Below, piece after piece: positions 1 through 12,499 of a stretch of DNA of 64,000 bases. Each line of letters opens with the position of its first letter. Positions within the stretch are counted from its first letter, which is position 1. The notes beneath the pieces were generated by a model that searched no databases, was not told the origin of the DNA, and saw only the letters and a program-made list of their open reading frames with translations. A program made the translations under genes and the position numbers. Origin of the DNA: Octopus bimaculoides (Eukaryota); assembly GCF_001194135.2 (NCBI RefSeq), contig NC_068998.1, positions 19,175,296-19,239,295 on the forward strand, written 5' to 3'.

Positions 1-159
1 AAACGAGGCGCGATGCACACGACCAGTCTTCGGGAGTTGTTATTTCCGTAGAAGTGACATTTTTTTTGTAGAGAGGCACGGCTGGTCTCCTGACTGCGTA
101 CCGGTCGCGAGTGTGTGTGTGTCCATGTGTTACGCATGCGGCCGATGCGGCAGTCAACT

Positions 160-690
160 CCTTGGCTCACAAAACCAGGGATGCTCTCGTTTTGTTGCCA
201 GTTGCAGTACACTGCTGTCAAGACGTCTCCAAAGAAGTCTGGCATACAACTGTAAAACTGGTAGGGTAAACCATCCAGACCTGGTGATTTGTCCCTCAAG
301 CATTCTGCCACCATGATGGCACCTTCGCATCACCTTGCCTCTCTTGTCGAGAGTCGTGGCAGTCTGTGAATGTAGGCACTGAAGTCTACCGTGTGTTCTT
401 GCTCGTCGCTTGTCCCGAACAGTCGGGCAAAATGTTGCTGAAAGGCCTCACACATTTTACTTGGCTCGAGTAATTCGCGCCCTTGTTCATCTACCAGAGA
501 CCGAATGGTGGCTTTGTTGCCCTTTTGTGCCTCTGCCACCCGGGCCTCTTGCGCAGCTCCAACACCCTCGTTCCTTAGAGCACACATCCTAGCCTTGACA
601 ACACACCCTTCGTGTTTGGCGTTGAAGTGTTGGTCGAGGGCCAACCTCGCCACTAAAACGTCGGATGCGATGCCACTTCTAGCTTCTTAA
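160..690 (-). mobile_element. Tx1/L1-clade LINE ORF2 fragment (EN-RT linker and start of RT)
   Basis: ORF 330..653 (IRSLVDEQGRELLEPSKMCEAFQQHFARLF) is followed on the - strand by KSPGLDGLPYQFY...VYCNWQQNESIPGFVSQG, the L1/Tx1 KSPGPDG motif. Confidence 0.8.
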
Positions 691-717
691 CTAAGTCACC
701 CTCTACTCTGTTTCTAT

Positions 718-876
718 CTATGGCTAGTAGATAGAAAGAGATAGATAGATAGATAGATAAACAGATAGATACATACATAAACAGATAGACAGACAGATAA
801 ACACATAGATAGACAGATAGATAAACAGATAGATAGACATACAGACAGACAGATAGATAAACAGATAGATAGACAT

Positions 877-909
<33 letters not shown>
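718..909. repeat. (GATA)/(GACA) microsatellite abutting an assembly gap
   Basis: Direct inspection; gap at 910-1156. Confidence 0.95.
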
Positions 910-1156
910 NNNNNNNNNNNNNNNNNNNNNNNNNNNNNNNNNNNNNNNNNNNNNNNNNNNNNNNNNNNNNNNNNNNNNNNNNNNNNNNNNNNNNNNNNNN
1001 NNNNNNNNNNNNNNNNNNNNNNNNNNNNNNNNNNNNNNNNNNNNNNNNNNNNNNNNNNNNNNNNNNNNNNNNNNNNNNNNNNNNNNNNNNNNNNNNNNNN
1101 NNNNNNNNNNNNNNNNNNNNNNNNNNNNNNNNNNNNNNNNNNNNNNNNNNNNNNNN

Positions 1157-1190
<34 letters not shown>

Positions 1191-2209
1191 TTATACTTCC
1201 ATCCTTGAATACGTACATAAAACTAAACACAGGCACGCATTGGAAACATAACGATAGTGTTGGGGTGGAGTGAGAGATGGAAGAGAGAGAAATAGAAAGA
1301 AAAATGAGTAGATCGTTCGTCAAACAATACATTAAAGCTTCCTAACATTTAAAGTTTTGACTATACATACATGAAACACATGTTAATATGATTGGAGAGA
1401 AGTATTGAGAGTTATGTCGGATATCTTTGAACCAAACAAACGAAAAAACATCGGTGAAACTAACATTGTTTTGAAAATAAATTTATGTGAGAAAGAAAAA
1501 GGAAAATTTAGAAATTAAAACTAGTAATACGAAATATTTCATAATTGCCCAAACTAAGAAGTGTAGTAATCAAGAATTCGATGGTCTGTATGTTATTATG
1601 GTGAATTTTTTTCTTAAATAACAATGATAATACTAATAAAAACAGGGTGGATGATTCTAGAATGATCTGAAATCAATATGAATAGCATATTAAAAGTATT
1701 ATTGTTGATTTTAGTTGGTAGTCAAATAATTTTAGATTTTTAAAGATGTTTAAGTTTTATCTGACTAACACAAAGTATGAACATCAATGAAAATATCTGA
1801 TGGTTCGTTCAGACTCTTCACATAGCTGTGAGGTGTAGATTTTATCAAAGAACAAAAGGAATGGTATTTTGGTAATATATTAATAAAGAATGAAAAATGT
1901 ATTATTATTATTACACATTGTGCCCTTAAAAAATATGTTGTGAGATGATGTAGAAGTTAGTGTGTCATAATTAGAGGAAATAACTGCCAAAATAAAAATA
2001 AATAAAGATAAAAAATATAAAGTTTCTCAATACAAAATATTTTCAGACTCACCAGGATTTAAACAGCGATACAAGGGAAATAATGCAAGTTTAATGTAAA
2101 AATTGAAAATATAAATAAATATAAACAAGGGAGATAATCAGTAATAGAGTCTACTATCAGATTACATGTGGTTAGTAAATAAACTTTTTAACGAGCAGAG
2201 CACTAACGA

Positions 2210-2419
2210 TACTCTTTTACTTGTTTCAGTCATTTGACTGCGGCCATGCTGGAGCACCGCCTTTAGTCGAAGAAATCGACCCCAGGACTTATTCTTTGTA
2301 AGCCTAGTACTTATTCTATTGGTCTCTTTTTGCCGAACCGCTAAGTTACGGGGATATAAACACACCAGCATCGGTTGTCAAGCGATGTTGGGGAGACAAA
2401 CACGGACACACAAACATAT

Positions 2420-2461
<42 letters not shown>

Positions 2462-3115
2462 NNNNNNNNNNNNNNNNNNNNNNNNNNNNNNNNNNNNNNN
2501 NNNNNNNNNNNNNNNNNNNNNNNNNNNNNNNNNNNNNNNNNNNNNNNNNNNNNNNNNNNNNNNNNNNNNNNNNNNNNNNNNNNNNNNNNNNNNNNNNNNN
2601 NNNNNNNNNNNNNNNNNNNNNNNNNNNNNNNNNNNNNNNNNNNNNNNNNNNNNNNNNNNNNNNNNNNNNNNNNNNNNNNNNNNNNNNNNNNNNNNNNNNN
2701 NNNNNNNNNNNNNNNNNNNNNNNNNNNNNNNNNNNNNNNNNNNNNNNNNNNNNNNNNNNNNNNNNNNNNNNNNNNNNNNNNNNNNNNNNNNNNNNNNNNN
2801 NNNNNNNNNNNNNNNNNNNNNNNNNNNNNNNNNNNNNNNNNNNNNNNNNNNNNNNNNNNNNNNNNNNNNNNNNNNNNNNNNNNNNNNNNNNNNNNNNNNN
2901 NNNNNNNNNNNNNNNNNNNNNNNNNNNNNNNNNNNNNNNNNNNNNNNNNNNNNNNNNNNNNNNNNNNNNNNNNNNNNNNNNNNNNNNNNNNNNNNNNNNN
3001 NNNNNNNNNNNNNNNNNNNNNNNNNNNNNNNNNNNNNNNNNNNNNNNNNNNNNNNNNNNNNNNNNNNNNNNNNNNNNNNNNNNNNNNNNNNNNNNNNNNN
3101 NNNNNNNNNNNNNNN

Positions 3116-3196
<81 letters not shown>

Positions 3197-3535
3197 ATAT
3201 ATATGTCTGTGTGTGTGTGTATGTATGTATACATGTATATATATGTATATATATATGTGTGTGTGTGTGTATATATATATTAAAAATGGAGAAGGCCGAC
3301 TTATGGGATTACCTTAAGTTTCTCGTCCAAAAAGGGTTTAGCTTTATGGCGTATTGTCAGATCCCAAAAACATATATATACACGACGGTCTTCTTTTAGT
3401 TTCCGTCAACCAAATCCCCTCACAAGGTTTTGGTCAGCCGAGGCTATAGTAGAAACCCAAGGTGCCAAATTAAGTCCCATGCAGTGAACCTGAAACCATG
3501 TGGTTGGGAAGCACACTTCTTAGCAACAGAGCCTA
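2210..3535 (-). mobile_element. Abundant tRNA-derived SINE (family A) with an internal CA/TA microsatellite containing gap 2462-3115
   Basis: The 3' part (cagtcatttgactgcggccatgctggagcaccgcc) and the tRNA-like head (ccatgtggttgggaagc) flank the gap. More than 12 similar copies occur in the window. Confidence 0.8.
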
Positions 3536-5611
3536 ATTTTCAAAAAAATATTTTCAATCTGTAACTCTGTATAGGTACCATCTGGTAATAGTTACTGGTC
3601 GAAGTGTTTTGACATTTCAAGTGTCATGTCGACAGGTGTATTTATGTTAAATTGTAGCAAGGGAACTTTGGGAAAGGTGTTAATAAAATTCAGGGCGTGA
3701 TAGTTAAAAAAGGAAAAAGTGAAAAGCACTGCGTTAGAATGCTTTTTTGGAATTCTGTATTTTCGCTATTTGTTATATTTATTAAAGCATTCTTTATATC
3801 GAAGGAATGCATCATTATACTGATAAATTTTTTTAAGACCGATGTATCGTGTAACTTATTCTGTTTTTATTTCATATATAAAAAAATAAAACTGTGGTTC
3901 TAAATTAGTACAGTATTAATTTATTGATGCTTAGTTGTGAATAGTTATTGTTAATCACTGGACATTCAGAAATGTTTGCAGTGATTACTGGTTTGTCGAA
4001 TTCAGCTGTTCCCTTGGAAATGTGCCAATATTCTCTGTGTTATTGCGTAAACGTCAATATAAAACAGTATTAGAAAATAGATCGTGTATCAATCTGACGC
4101 AACCTCGGAGAACAAACATGAAATCATGCTCTAGTTATTTAACGTTTATACTTGTATTCATTGTTTACATTTTACATGTTTTAACAGGAATATTCCATCA
4201 GTTCGTTTCTGTGCATGAAATTAAAGATATGTTTAAACCATATTTATATATATATATAAATAAAGTTTATTTCAACCTGCTGTAGAATAGAAACCGAGTT
4301 TATTGCCCCGAATACTTAACAAGTCAAACGAATTACTGTGAATTGTGATCTTAAGTTCTTCGGCCCACTTTGAGATTTACACATGTACATGGAAGGATAG
4401 TTTAGAACTACTAAACCCAAACTGGAAATCAGTGTAAAACTGACAACCAATACACGTAATTATGTAAGAACTAAAATAGCAAGGCAATATATTAGTTGCA
4501 TGTGTACAGCCTAAATGTTTTATACATTTCCATGTACGAAACTAATTACTTCAGTTTTGATTCTTACTTATAATAATTTTCATTTATAAAGTCGTAGATT
4601 GTATTTACATTGGGTTAATCCTTTCTACAGATAGAGTTCTTGAAGGATTATATCTTTTAAGAGATAATCGTGCTTTGCTGCTATTTCTAACCCGCGGCGG
4701 ACATCTGATATTTTATCTACTTGTCTCTATCTCCCTCCTTTTAAAGATATTTATAGTAACTATCTTTTGTTTTGAATAATAAGTGTTAGCATTTACAATT
4801 AGAAGTAATGTAGCAAGTATTCATCCAAAATAAGGTACTCACTTCATCTAACAGAGGAATGAAATTCTATTTTTCTCCCTGATATGTCTAGTATATCTCC
4901 TCCAGAAATTTATGTGGACTGGTTGCTCTAAACTTTCATGAAAGCATAATCTTCTTCCAATTATTTCTGGAAAATTTACTGTTGTTATTTTCACCAGATG
5001 TTAAAGAACGTTTCATATATGCATTCCTAGTTCTTGAATGGCACTGCTCAAAACTATCTAGACTAGATTTATTAGTTTTTGTTTTGTTTTTATTGGGTCT
5101 GTCGTTGTTACACTTCATATGACAATTATCAGTATTCATCTTGGTTTTCTCATAATGCAAAACTTCTTTGAGTAATGGAGCAAATATGCGAAAAATGTTG
5201 ATGATGATATTGATTTGTCATACTAGCATTATGCCAAATTTGTAGGAGAAGGGAGAGGTGTATTGATTGATACAACCTTCAGTATATAACTGACCTTTAT
5301 TTTATTAATACTAGAGTGATGAAAGGCAAAGTTGATCTCACTTGGATTTGAAATCAGAATTTAAGGAACATGATTAAGTACTGCAAGGCATCTAGCTGAG
5401 TACTTTACAATTAAAATTATCATTGCTAATCTTTTGTTGATTAAACCTTTTAATACTAACCCACCCAGGGCCAGTTTGAATCTATGATACAAACGTCCTA
5501 TTTTAAAGTGATCTAAATCAAATCCTCCCATCAAACTTTTATATCAATTTACATGTCAAACAACTAAGTAATTTTACTAAATTCTTCATGATTTTTCAAA
5601 TATTTCAATCA

Positions 5612-5900
5612 ATATTTTTCTCAGTGGTTGCAATTGTAGGACATCCAGACCTTGGGTCATCTTCAAGACTCTGCCTTCCCTTCCTAAATTCAGCTGCCCA
5701 TTTTTGCACTGTCAATAAAGCTGGAGCATCATCTAATGTAGCAACCATGTCAGCATGAATGCCTTTGGGGGCTTAACTTTTTTTTTCTGCAGGTATTTGG
5801 TAACACCATGATGCCAAATTTTGTCCATTTTCAAGAGAAGTCGCTAGTAGTTACATTTAAAGTCATCTTTGCACAGTCAGATGTCAGTTTACATTATTAA
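5612..5900 (-). mobile_element. Decayed mariner transposase 5' fragment
   Basis: The minus strand from ATG 5828 reads MDKIWHHGV.KYLQKK...HADMVATL.DAPAL.TVQKWAAEFRKGRQSLEDDPRSG.P, a mariner HTH region with frameshifts. Confidence 0.8.
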
Positions 5901-6664
5901 TAATAAGAAGTGTTGAAATTAATACATGCAAGATTTCACATCTCTAGCATCATTCCTTCATAGTAGTTTGCTTCCCAACCACATGAAATTAAGGCTGTGT
6001 ATTTCAACAAAAAATTGGTAATAAAAGGGTTTAATAGCTTAGCCATCACTCACAAATGAGTTTGATCTGATATCTCATGCCATGATTTCACTTCTTGCTT
6101 TAGATGCTTATGGAGTCATGAACAGATATAGATACCCTCTCAGTCTTCCTACCCATTTGTGGAAAAATTTGTGGTGGTGTATTGAACAGCTTTTTTTTTT
6201 TCACCAAATTTGGCAAAAATGCTCATAAAAATAACCCTAACCCTAACTCTAAAACCCGAACCCTAAAGCTAAAACCACTACAAACGCACGAACGATGTCA
6301 TAAATAACAGTACCGCTGATAGTTGTTGTTGACAAACAACAGCACTAATTTTATTCAAGGGAAAAGATCCCATCACACCGCACAACGTTTTGTTGATAAT
6401 CCATAGCAGTAATTGTTTTCACCTCAATAGGTGTCAGTGATTGGTTGAAATTACCGAAATACTTTTAACATGAAATAACTTCGAATATAAAAATTTTTCT
6501 CTGTTCTATAAGACAAAATATACAAGTATACGAAATTTTAAAGTGTTTCGGTAGAAAACACACTAAATAAAACATAAATAAAAAATGGTGCCCACCAAAT
6601 CAGAAAGATCCGAAAATAGTGAGAAAAACCACTAAAGACTAATAAGTCTAATACATCCGTCATC

Positions 6665-7045
6665 CTTTACTTTTTTCAGTCATTAGACTACGGCTATACG
6701 GGGCACTGCCTCAAAGAGTTTTTAGTCAAATGAATCAACCCCAGTACTTATTTTCTTTTGTTAAGCCTAGTACTTATTCTATCAGTCTCTTTTGCCAAAC
6801 CACTAAGTAATGGGGACGTAAACATACCAACACCAGTTGTTAAGCGATTTTGGGAGGGAGAATCACAGAACTCAAACACACACACACACATATATAAACA
6901 ACAGGCTTCTTTCTATTTCCATCTACCAGATCCACTCACAAGGCTTTGGTCAGCCTGAGACTATAATAGAAAACACTTGCTCAAGGTGCCACACAGTGGA
7001 ACTGAACACAGAACCATGTGATAAAGAAGCAACCTTCTTACCACA
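6665..7045 (-). mobile_element. Family A SINE copy
   Basis: Same head and tail modules as the 2210-3535 copy. Confidence 0.75.
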
Positions 7046-7479
7046 CAGCCATGCCTGTGCCTATTTTAAAAGAAAACAAAAACATTTCTCTACTCCTGAC
7101 AAGAAAACAGAAGTTAAACAAAATTGCCATGCTATGTTTGGCACTTCCCCAAACACATACAGTACATGAATGAGGTAGATTAATTCTATTCAGATACTGA
7201 GTGTGTTACCATTTGTCTGTTGGAAATGGCTGGATGCCATTTCTTGTATAGAACCAAGTGTGTGTATACACACAGATATGAAACATAGAACAAGGCAGTA
7301 GGGTAACAATCTAACTACTTACAAACAACATACTGCTAAACCTTACATACTATCTCTGATAACCTTTCATATTAACATAGCCAAGGATACTTCATATAAA
7401 GGGTTTTCTTTTCAGATTTTGAAAATACTTCAGATCTGAATAGCTGCTAATTCCATGTATAACTTACACAAATGGTTAT

Positions 7480-7885
7480 ACATGGCTGTGTGGTAAGAGG
7501 TTTTCTTCCCAACCACATGGTTCATGGTTCAGTTCCACAGCACAGCACTTTGGGTAAATGTCTTCTACTATAACCTCAGGCCAACCAAAGCCTTGTGGGT
7601 AGATTTGGTAGATGGAAACTGAAAGAAGCCTGTTCTATTTGTGTGTGTGTGTGTGTGCACATGTCTTTATGTATGTATTTGTCCCCCACCTCTGCTTGGC
7701 AACCGGTGTTGGTGTGTTTACATACCCATAACTTAGCAGTTCAGCAAAAGTGTCCAATAGACTAAGTGCCAGACTTTACAAAAAATTATATGTACTGGGG
7801 TCAATAAGTTTGACTAAAATTCTTTAAAGCAGTGCCCCAGCATGGCCACATTGTAATGACTGAAACAAATAAAACATAAAAGATA
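7480..7885 (+). mobile_element. Family A SINE copy
   Basis: Runs from ggctgtgtggtaagagg...cccaaccacatggtt to gactgaaacaaataaaacataaaaga. Confidence 0.8.
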
Positions 7886-8319
7886 TTTCTTACAAAAAAA
7901 AAAGAAAAGATGTTTATCTAATAAATATGTCTTCAGTGTAATTAATTGTCCCTGCATATTCTACAGCTGTTTCTTTTCTGAACTGCAAACTATTGTAAAT
8001 GGTGAATATAGTTGTAATAGAGACATTAGTCTCTCTCTATCACCTTTCAACAGCATTATATATTAAGGAACAGTAGAACAATTTAACAACATAATAAAAA
8101 TAAGTTTTATTTTTGATGATGCTTGGTTATATAAATCCTGTGTCACTCAGCTTAGCAGCCGCTGATTGATTTGTAATCGGTATTGGAAGATTAAGAGCTT
8201 CCTTGATGCCTGCCAGAGGAGCAAATAGCTATCATATCGATAGCATCATGGTGAAGAGTGCTTCAATGAGGAGTGAGGTGTTGTCACGTCGAAGGTCTCT
8301 CGCTCAACTCACTTACAAA

Positions 8320-9360
8320 GTGAAACCAACTCTAGAACTGACAGTACCATGGGAAGAGAACATCGACAATGCAGAGAAACGAAAGGAGAAGAGATACGAG
8401 AAACTAATCGAAGAGTGCAGAGAACAGGGATGGACTGTCGAGTGTTACCATCTGGCAGTGGGGGCTAGAGGCTTCATTGAAAGAAAAATGACAACGCTAT
8501 TCAAAAGAAGATTTGCGTTTTCAGGTTCAGAACTGAGAAAACTGATAAGGAGGATACAGGAGGCGGTCAAAAAAGCCAGCTTCTATATATGGCTGAAGCG
8601 GGAAGACCAAATATGGCTTGAAAGTCATAACATGCCGGCAGGAAAATAACATCATTAGGTGAGACAGGCTGACACTGAAGTGGCTTCGCTGATTGACAGG
8701 TGACAGTCTCAGTTAGAGCATGCGTGGGCTAAGATTACGCGCCCTCCATTGTCAGTCAAAGTTTAGACAGTGTCATGTGACAACTTGCTGGGGCTACTTG
8801 CTGGAGCCTAGCAGTGGGAAATTTAGACAGTGTCACGTGACAACTTGCTGGGGCAGCCTGCTGGAGCCTAGCAGCAGGTATAAAAAGGGGAATTTGACAA
8901 GACAGTCAGTCGGATGCTGACACTCATTGATGCTGCATCGAAGAGGCCAGGGAATAGAAGAAAGAAGACATGCACCCAACACCAGAGCTGAAGACACCTC
9001 CGAAAGGGGAGGCCCCGCCATGTCAAAATGGTAGAGGAGTAGGGGCCGAAACCGGACGTGGTTCCTCCTGATGATGTCTTGAGCTAACTGGATCCTATAA
9101 AGGAGCTGTTGTGGTAGCAGACCACGAAACGTGGTTGAAATTCCTCAGTACTAGTTTTACTATGCATGCGCACTCGAGGGACTTCCGGTGGTGAAGTCCC
9201 TTGCGCATGCACAGAATAGTACTTCCCCAATGGCGGCTATAATTTCGCGCCATTACACTATATACTGCTTTCATTTGTCTCAGCTTATATAACAGACCAG
9301 TGAGTGTTAGAGTGTAACATGTGGTCCTCAGCAAAGCCATCTAATGCACTGATAGTGGTG
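8320..9360 (+). mobile_element. 5'-truncated R2/Hero-like non-LTR element: restriction-like endonuclease C-terminus and 3'UTR
   Basis: ORF 8203..8649 contains ELTVPWEENIDNAEKRKEKRYEKLIEECREQGW.VECYHLAVGARGF...ASFYIWLKR, typical of Hero-type REL domains. A GC- and CpG-rich tail follows. Confidence 0.75.
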
Positions 9361-9479
9361 GTTGGTAGAATCATTAGAGCATCAGACAAATGGCTTGTAG
9401 TATTTATCCTGGTTCATTCTATTCTGAATTCAAATCAAGTCAAAATCAACTTTTTTCCAGGATTTACAAAAGTGAAGTA

Positions 9480-9705
9480 AAAAGAACTGGTGCTGGTGCC
9501 ACTTAAAAAGTACTGGTGATAGTATGACATAAAAAGTACAGGGTACACTCTGTGGAGTGGTTGTCATTAAGAAGGGCATCCAGCTATAGAAACCAAGCCA
9601 AAACAGAATATGGAACCTGGTGTGGCCCCTGACACCTTACCAGCTTGTCAAGCCATCCAACCCATGCTAGTATGGAGAACGGACATTAAATGGTGATGAT
9701 GATGT
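9480..9705 (+). mobile_element. Family B interspersed repeat with (GAT)n tail (SINE or LINE 3' end)
   Basis: gaagggcatccagctatagaaacc...ccaacccatgctagtatggagaacggacattaaatggtgatgatgat; about 10 copies in the window. Confidence 0.7.
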
Positions 9706-9970
9706 GGAGGAGGAAATCAAGGAGTCAATTTACTCAACTAATCTCTTCCACAGATTTTTGCGGTCTTGTACTTTTGTAAAAAAATTATCATATCTACAGT
9801 GCTAGAGCTGTAAATTACACCTAGTTATTCAACCAACTAATTTTGTACCATAGATCTGCTTGATCGAGATTGCCTAAGGCTATACAACAACTGAACACAA
9901 CTTCTGCCAAAAATCACTGAATGCCCTAGCTTGTTATTCTGTTACCCAGCTTGTATATTACACATGTATC

Positions 9971-10198
9971 TTAATTCTTTGGCATTTAAAACGGCCGTAT
10001 TAGGCACAAATATTTAACCTGGTTTATGCTCAAATAAGCCAGATCCAGCCTCTTACACCTACCCTACAATGTCATTTTAAAAATAAACAATCATATAATC
10101 AAAATTTGAAAGTTTCAAGATAATGCATAATTAATTCAAAACAATGTGAATATATACGCATTACATTTGACAAACTAATCTGAATGCTAAAGGGTTAA
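9971..10198 (-). mobile_element. piggyBac-like MITE
   Basis: TTAA flanks and terminal inverted repeats related to CCCTTTAGCATT; homologous copies at 20507, 20800, 47174 and 63086. Confidence 0.7.
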
Positions 10199-10479
10199 GC
10201 CATTTTTTTCTAGAAACACATCCCTTTCAAACTTATTCCTGTACAGGAATTTCCTCTTCCAGCCTCAAATAGATAACACTTCAAATATATCATTATCTAC
10301 TGTAACTTCAACTACCCCTTTACTTCAATCTCAGAGAGTCTGTAAAGTCTACTGGGACATCTCCATTCTCTTCAGACTCATTAGTGAAAAGTACACCAGA
10401 ATATACAGAGAAACAGAGAAAATTACACAAGGATATATGTTTTCCTACTTTTGTTTTTGCTGTGGGATAAATTGATGGA

Positions 10480-10863
10480 GTGGAGGCACAATGGCCCAGT
10501 GGTTAGGGCAGCAGACTCGAGGTCATAGGATCGCGGTTTCGATTCCCAGACCGGGCGTTGTGAGTGTTTATTGAGCGAAAACACCTAAAGCTCCACGAGG
10601 CTCCGGCAGGGGATGGTGGCGAACCCTGCTGTACTCTTTCATCACAACTTTCTCTCACTCTTACTTCCTGTTTCTGTTGTACCTGTAATTCAAAGGGTCA
10701 GCCTTGTCTCACTGTGTCATGCTGAATATCCCCAAGAACTACGTTAAGGGTGCACGTGTCTGTGGAGTGCTCAGCCACTTGCACGTTAATTTCACGAGCA
10801 GGCTGTTCCGTTGCTCGGATCAACTGGAACCCTCGACGTCGTAAGCGACGGAGTGCCAACAAC
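10480..10863 (+). mobile_element. Young full-length tRNA-derived SINE (family D) with 11-bp TSD
   Basis: A/B-box-like head (tggcccagtggttaggg...ggtttcgattccc) and (caa) tail. TSD aaattgatgga at 10469-10479 and 10864-10874. Confidence 0.9.
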
Positions 10864-11149
10864 AAATTGATGGAATTAGTAATGGTTCTAGCAAAGTACA
10901 AATTATCAGAGTATTTCATCATTCCTGTGGCCATTACCAAAGTTTCTGTGTTTAAGTTAAAATACATTGTGTTTTTAGAAAATACAATAAGAATAGCAGT
11001 ATTGATTTTGATACCTGACAGGTCAAGTCTGGTCAGGTGGGGGCCATGCACTATTGCAGTGTATTGCTGCATTCACTATTGCTGCTGTCTTCCCAGGCCC
11101 TCCCATTCAGCCCATCAAGCAGAGTCCCAGTTAGTTCCCATCTCCACGA

Positions 11150-11960
11150 GATACCTGTTCATCTGCTGTGACCATGTAGCATGTAGTTGATCAACATGAA
11201 CCATCAACCCAGCCAGATCCTCAGAGAAGAGAACACAGTAAGCAGGGTCTAACTCAGAAAATCAAGCAACATGACCAAACAATCTCAGCTGACACTCCTG
11301 AATCATATAGGATGTATCCCAATTTCTGAGTAGAGTTCTTGTTTAGATACAAAATTCAACCAACGGTAGCCCATAATACTATGAAACATCCTGGTACTAA
11401 ATGATTTTAGGCAGCTTCTAAGGGCCACAGACAGTATCCAAGTCTCACAATTATAGAGCAGAACAGGAAGGACCAGAGACCTCACTGACAAGATAAGTGA
11501 AGCAGTCAACAACTTCGGCATTCTCACATGCAACACAGACAGACAAGGTAGAGTCCTCCAAGAAGCCATTGAAGGACTGGATCTTTGTCTTGATTCAAGA
11601 AAATTTAAAGCCAAGTGGTTCCACTTTCTCACTCAGTGAAAGGAGAGCACTCTTTAAGACATCCAGGGACTCTCAGCAAGAATAACTGCACCGTCAGCAA
11701 AATCTAAGTCTGTAATCCTAGATTCACCAATGAGTTCACCACAACTCACCTGAGCCACCATTCAGCCAAGTACCCAATCCATGCAGGCATTGAACAGAGT
11801 GGGAGCCAAGACACAACCCTGATGGACTCCCCCAGATTTGACTGAGAAAAATTCAGATGTTGAGCCCCCAATCTGAACCACGGAGACTGTTCTGGCATGC
11901 AAGGTCTCCATTAGTCCAATCAGTTAAAGAGATATACCTTGCAGCTCCAGAATCACCCAA
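11150..11960 (-). mobile_element. Decayed RTE-clade LINE, RT and C-terminal region
   Basis: The minus strand reads GVHQGCVLAP, ITDLDFADGAV and VLPVLLYNCETW (ORF 11303..11632). Confidence 0.8.
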
Positions 11961-12499
11961 AGCACGTCCCTGTCCACCAAGTCAAATGCTTTCTGGAAGT
12001 CAACATTGGCTGCAAGCAGCCCCTGTTCAAAGGCACATATCTTCAAATTTATGAGGAACAAGATTTGGAAATGGCATGATGCTCACACACATACATGGAT
12101 GTTTGGGGAGTGTGTGTGTGTGTGCAGTACAGTAAACTCCCTCTTATACAGTTCTCAAATAACCACTCTCAAGCAACTAGTACCCAGAAAAAAACAATCA
12201 TGTTGCTAATTACAGTCAAAAGAATTTGTATTAATTAATTGTCATTAAAAGAAAGGTTTTGCTGTATTTAAAATGGATTGTTGTTTCTCAAAGTACAGTA
12301 TTTCATTTTACTACATCCGCAGTAACTGTATTTTATTAGGTGAATAAAACTTGTTCTTTACTTTTATTTCTTCAGAGTATAAATGACATTACTGATATAC
12401 ATATAGACTTTTAATGAGTTTTGTGAGGTGCTATGGTAATTTAAAAGGTGATGATCAGATATCCAAAAAATTCAGTTCTCCAACAAACCTCCAGTCTCA

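Noticed and set aside
714-3317. Long ORFs of 158-332 aa
   Set aside because: Artefacts of N gaps and TA/CA/GATA microsatellites.
8762-8875. CRISPR-like repeat
   Set aside because: Only two adjacent units with no spacers, in a eukaryotic retroelement tail.
10480-10555. tRNA-like sequence
   Set aside because: It is the head of a SINE (TSD, body and tail present), not a tRNA gene; the same applies to the other SINE heads.
10698-11190. ORFs of 124 and 146 aa
   Set aside because: They run through the family D SINE and adjacent decayed LINE sequence and have no coding signature.
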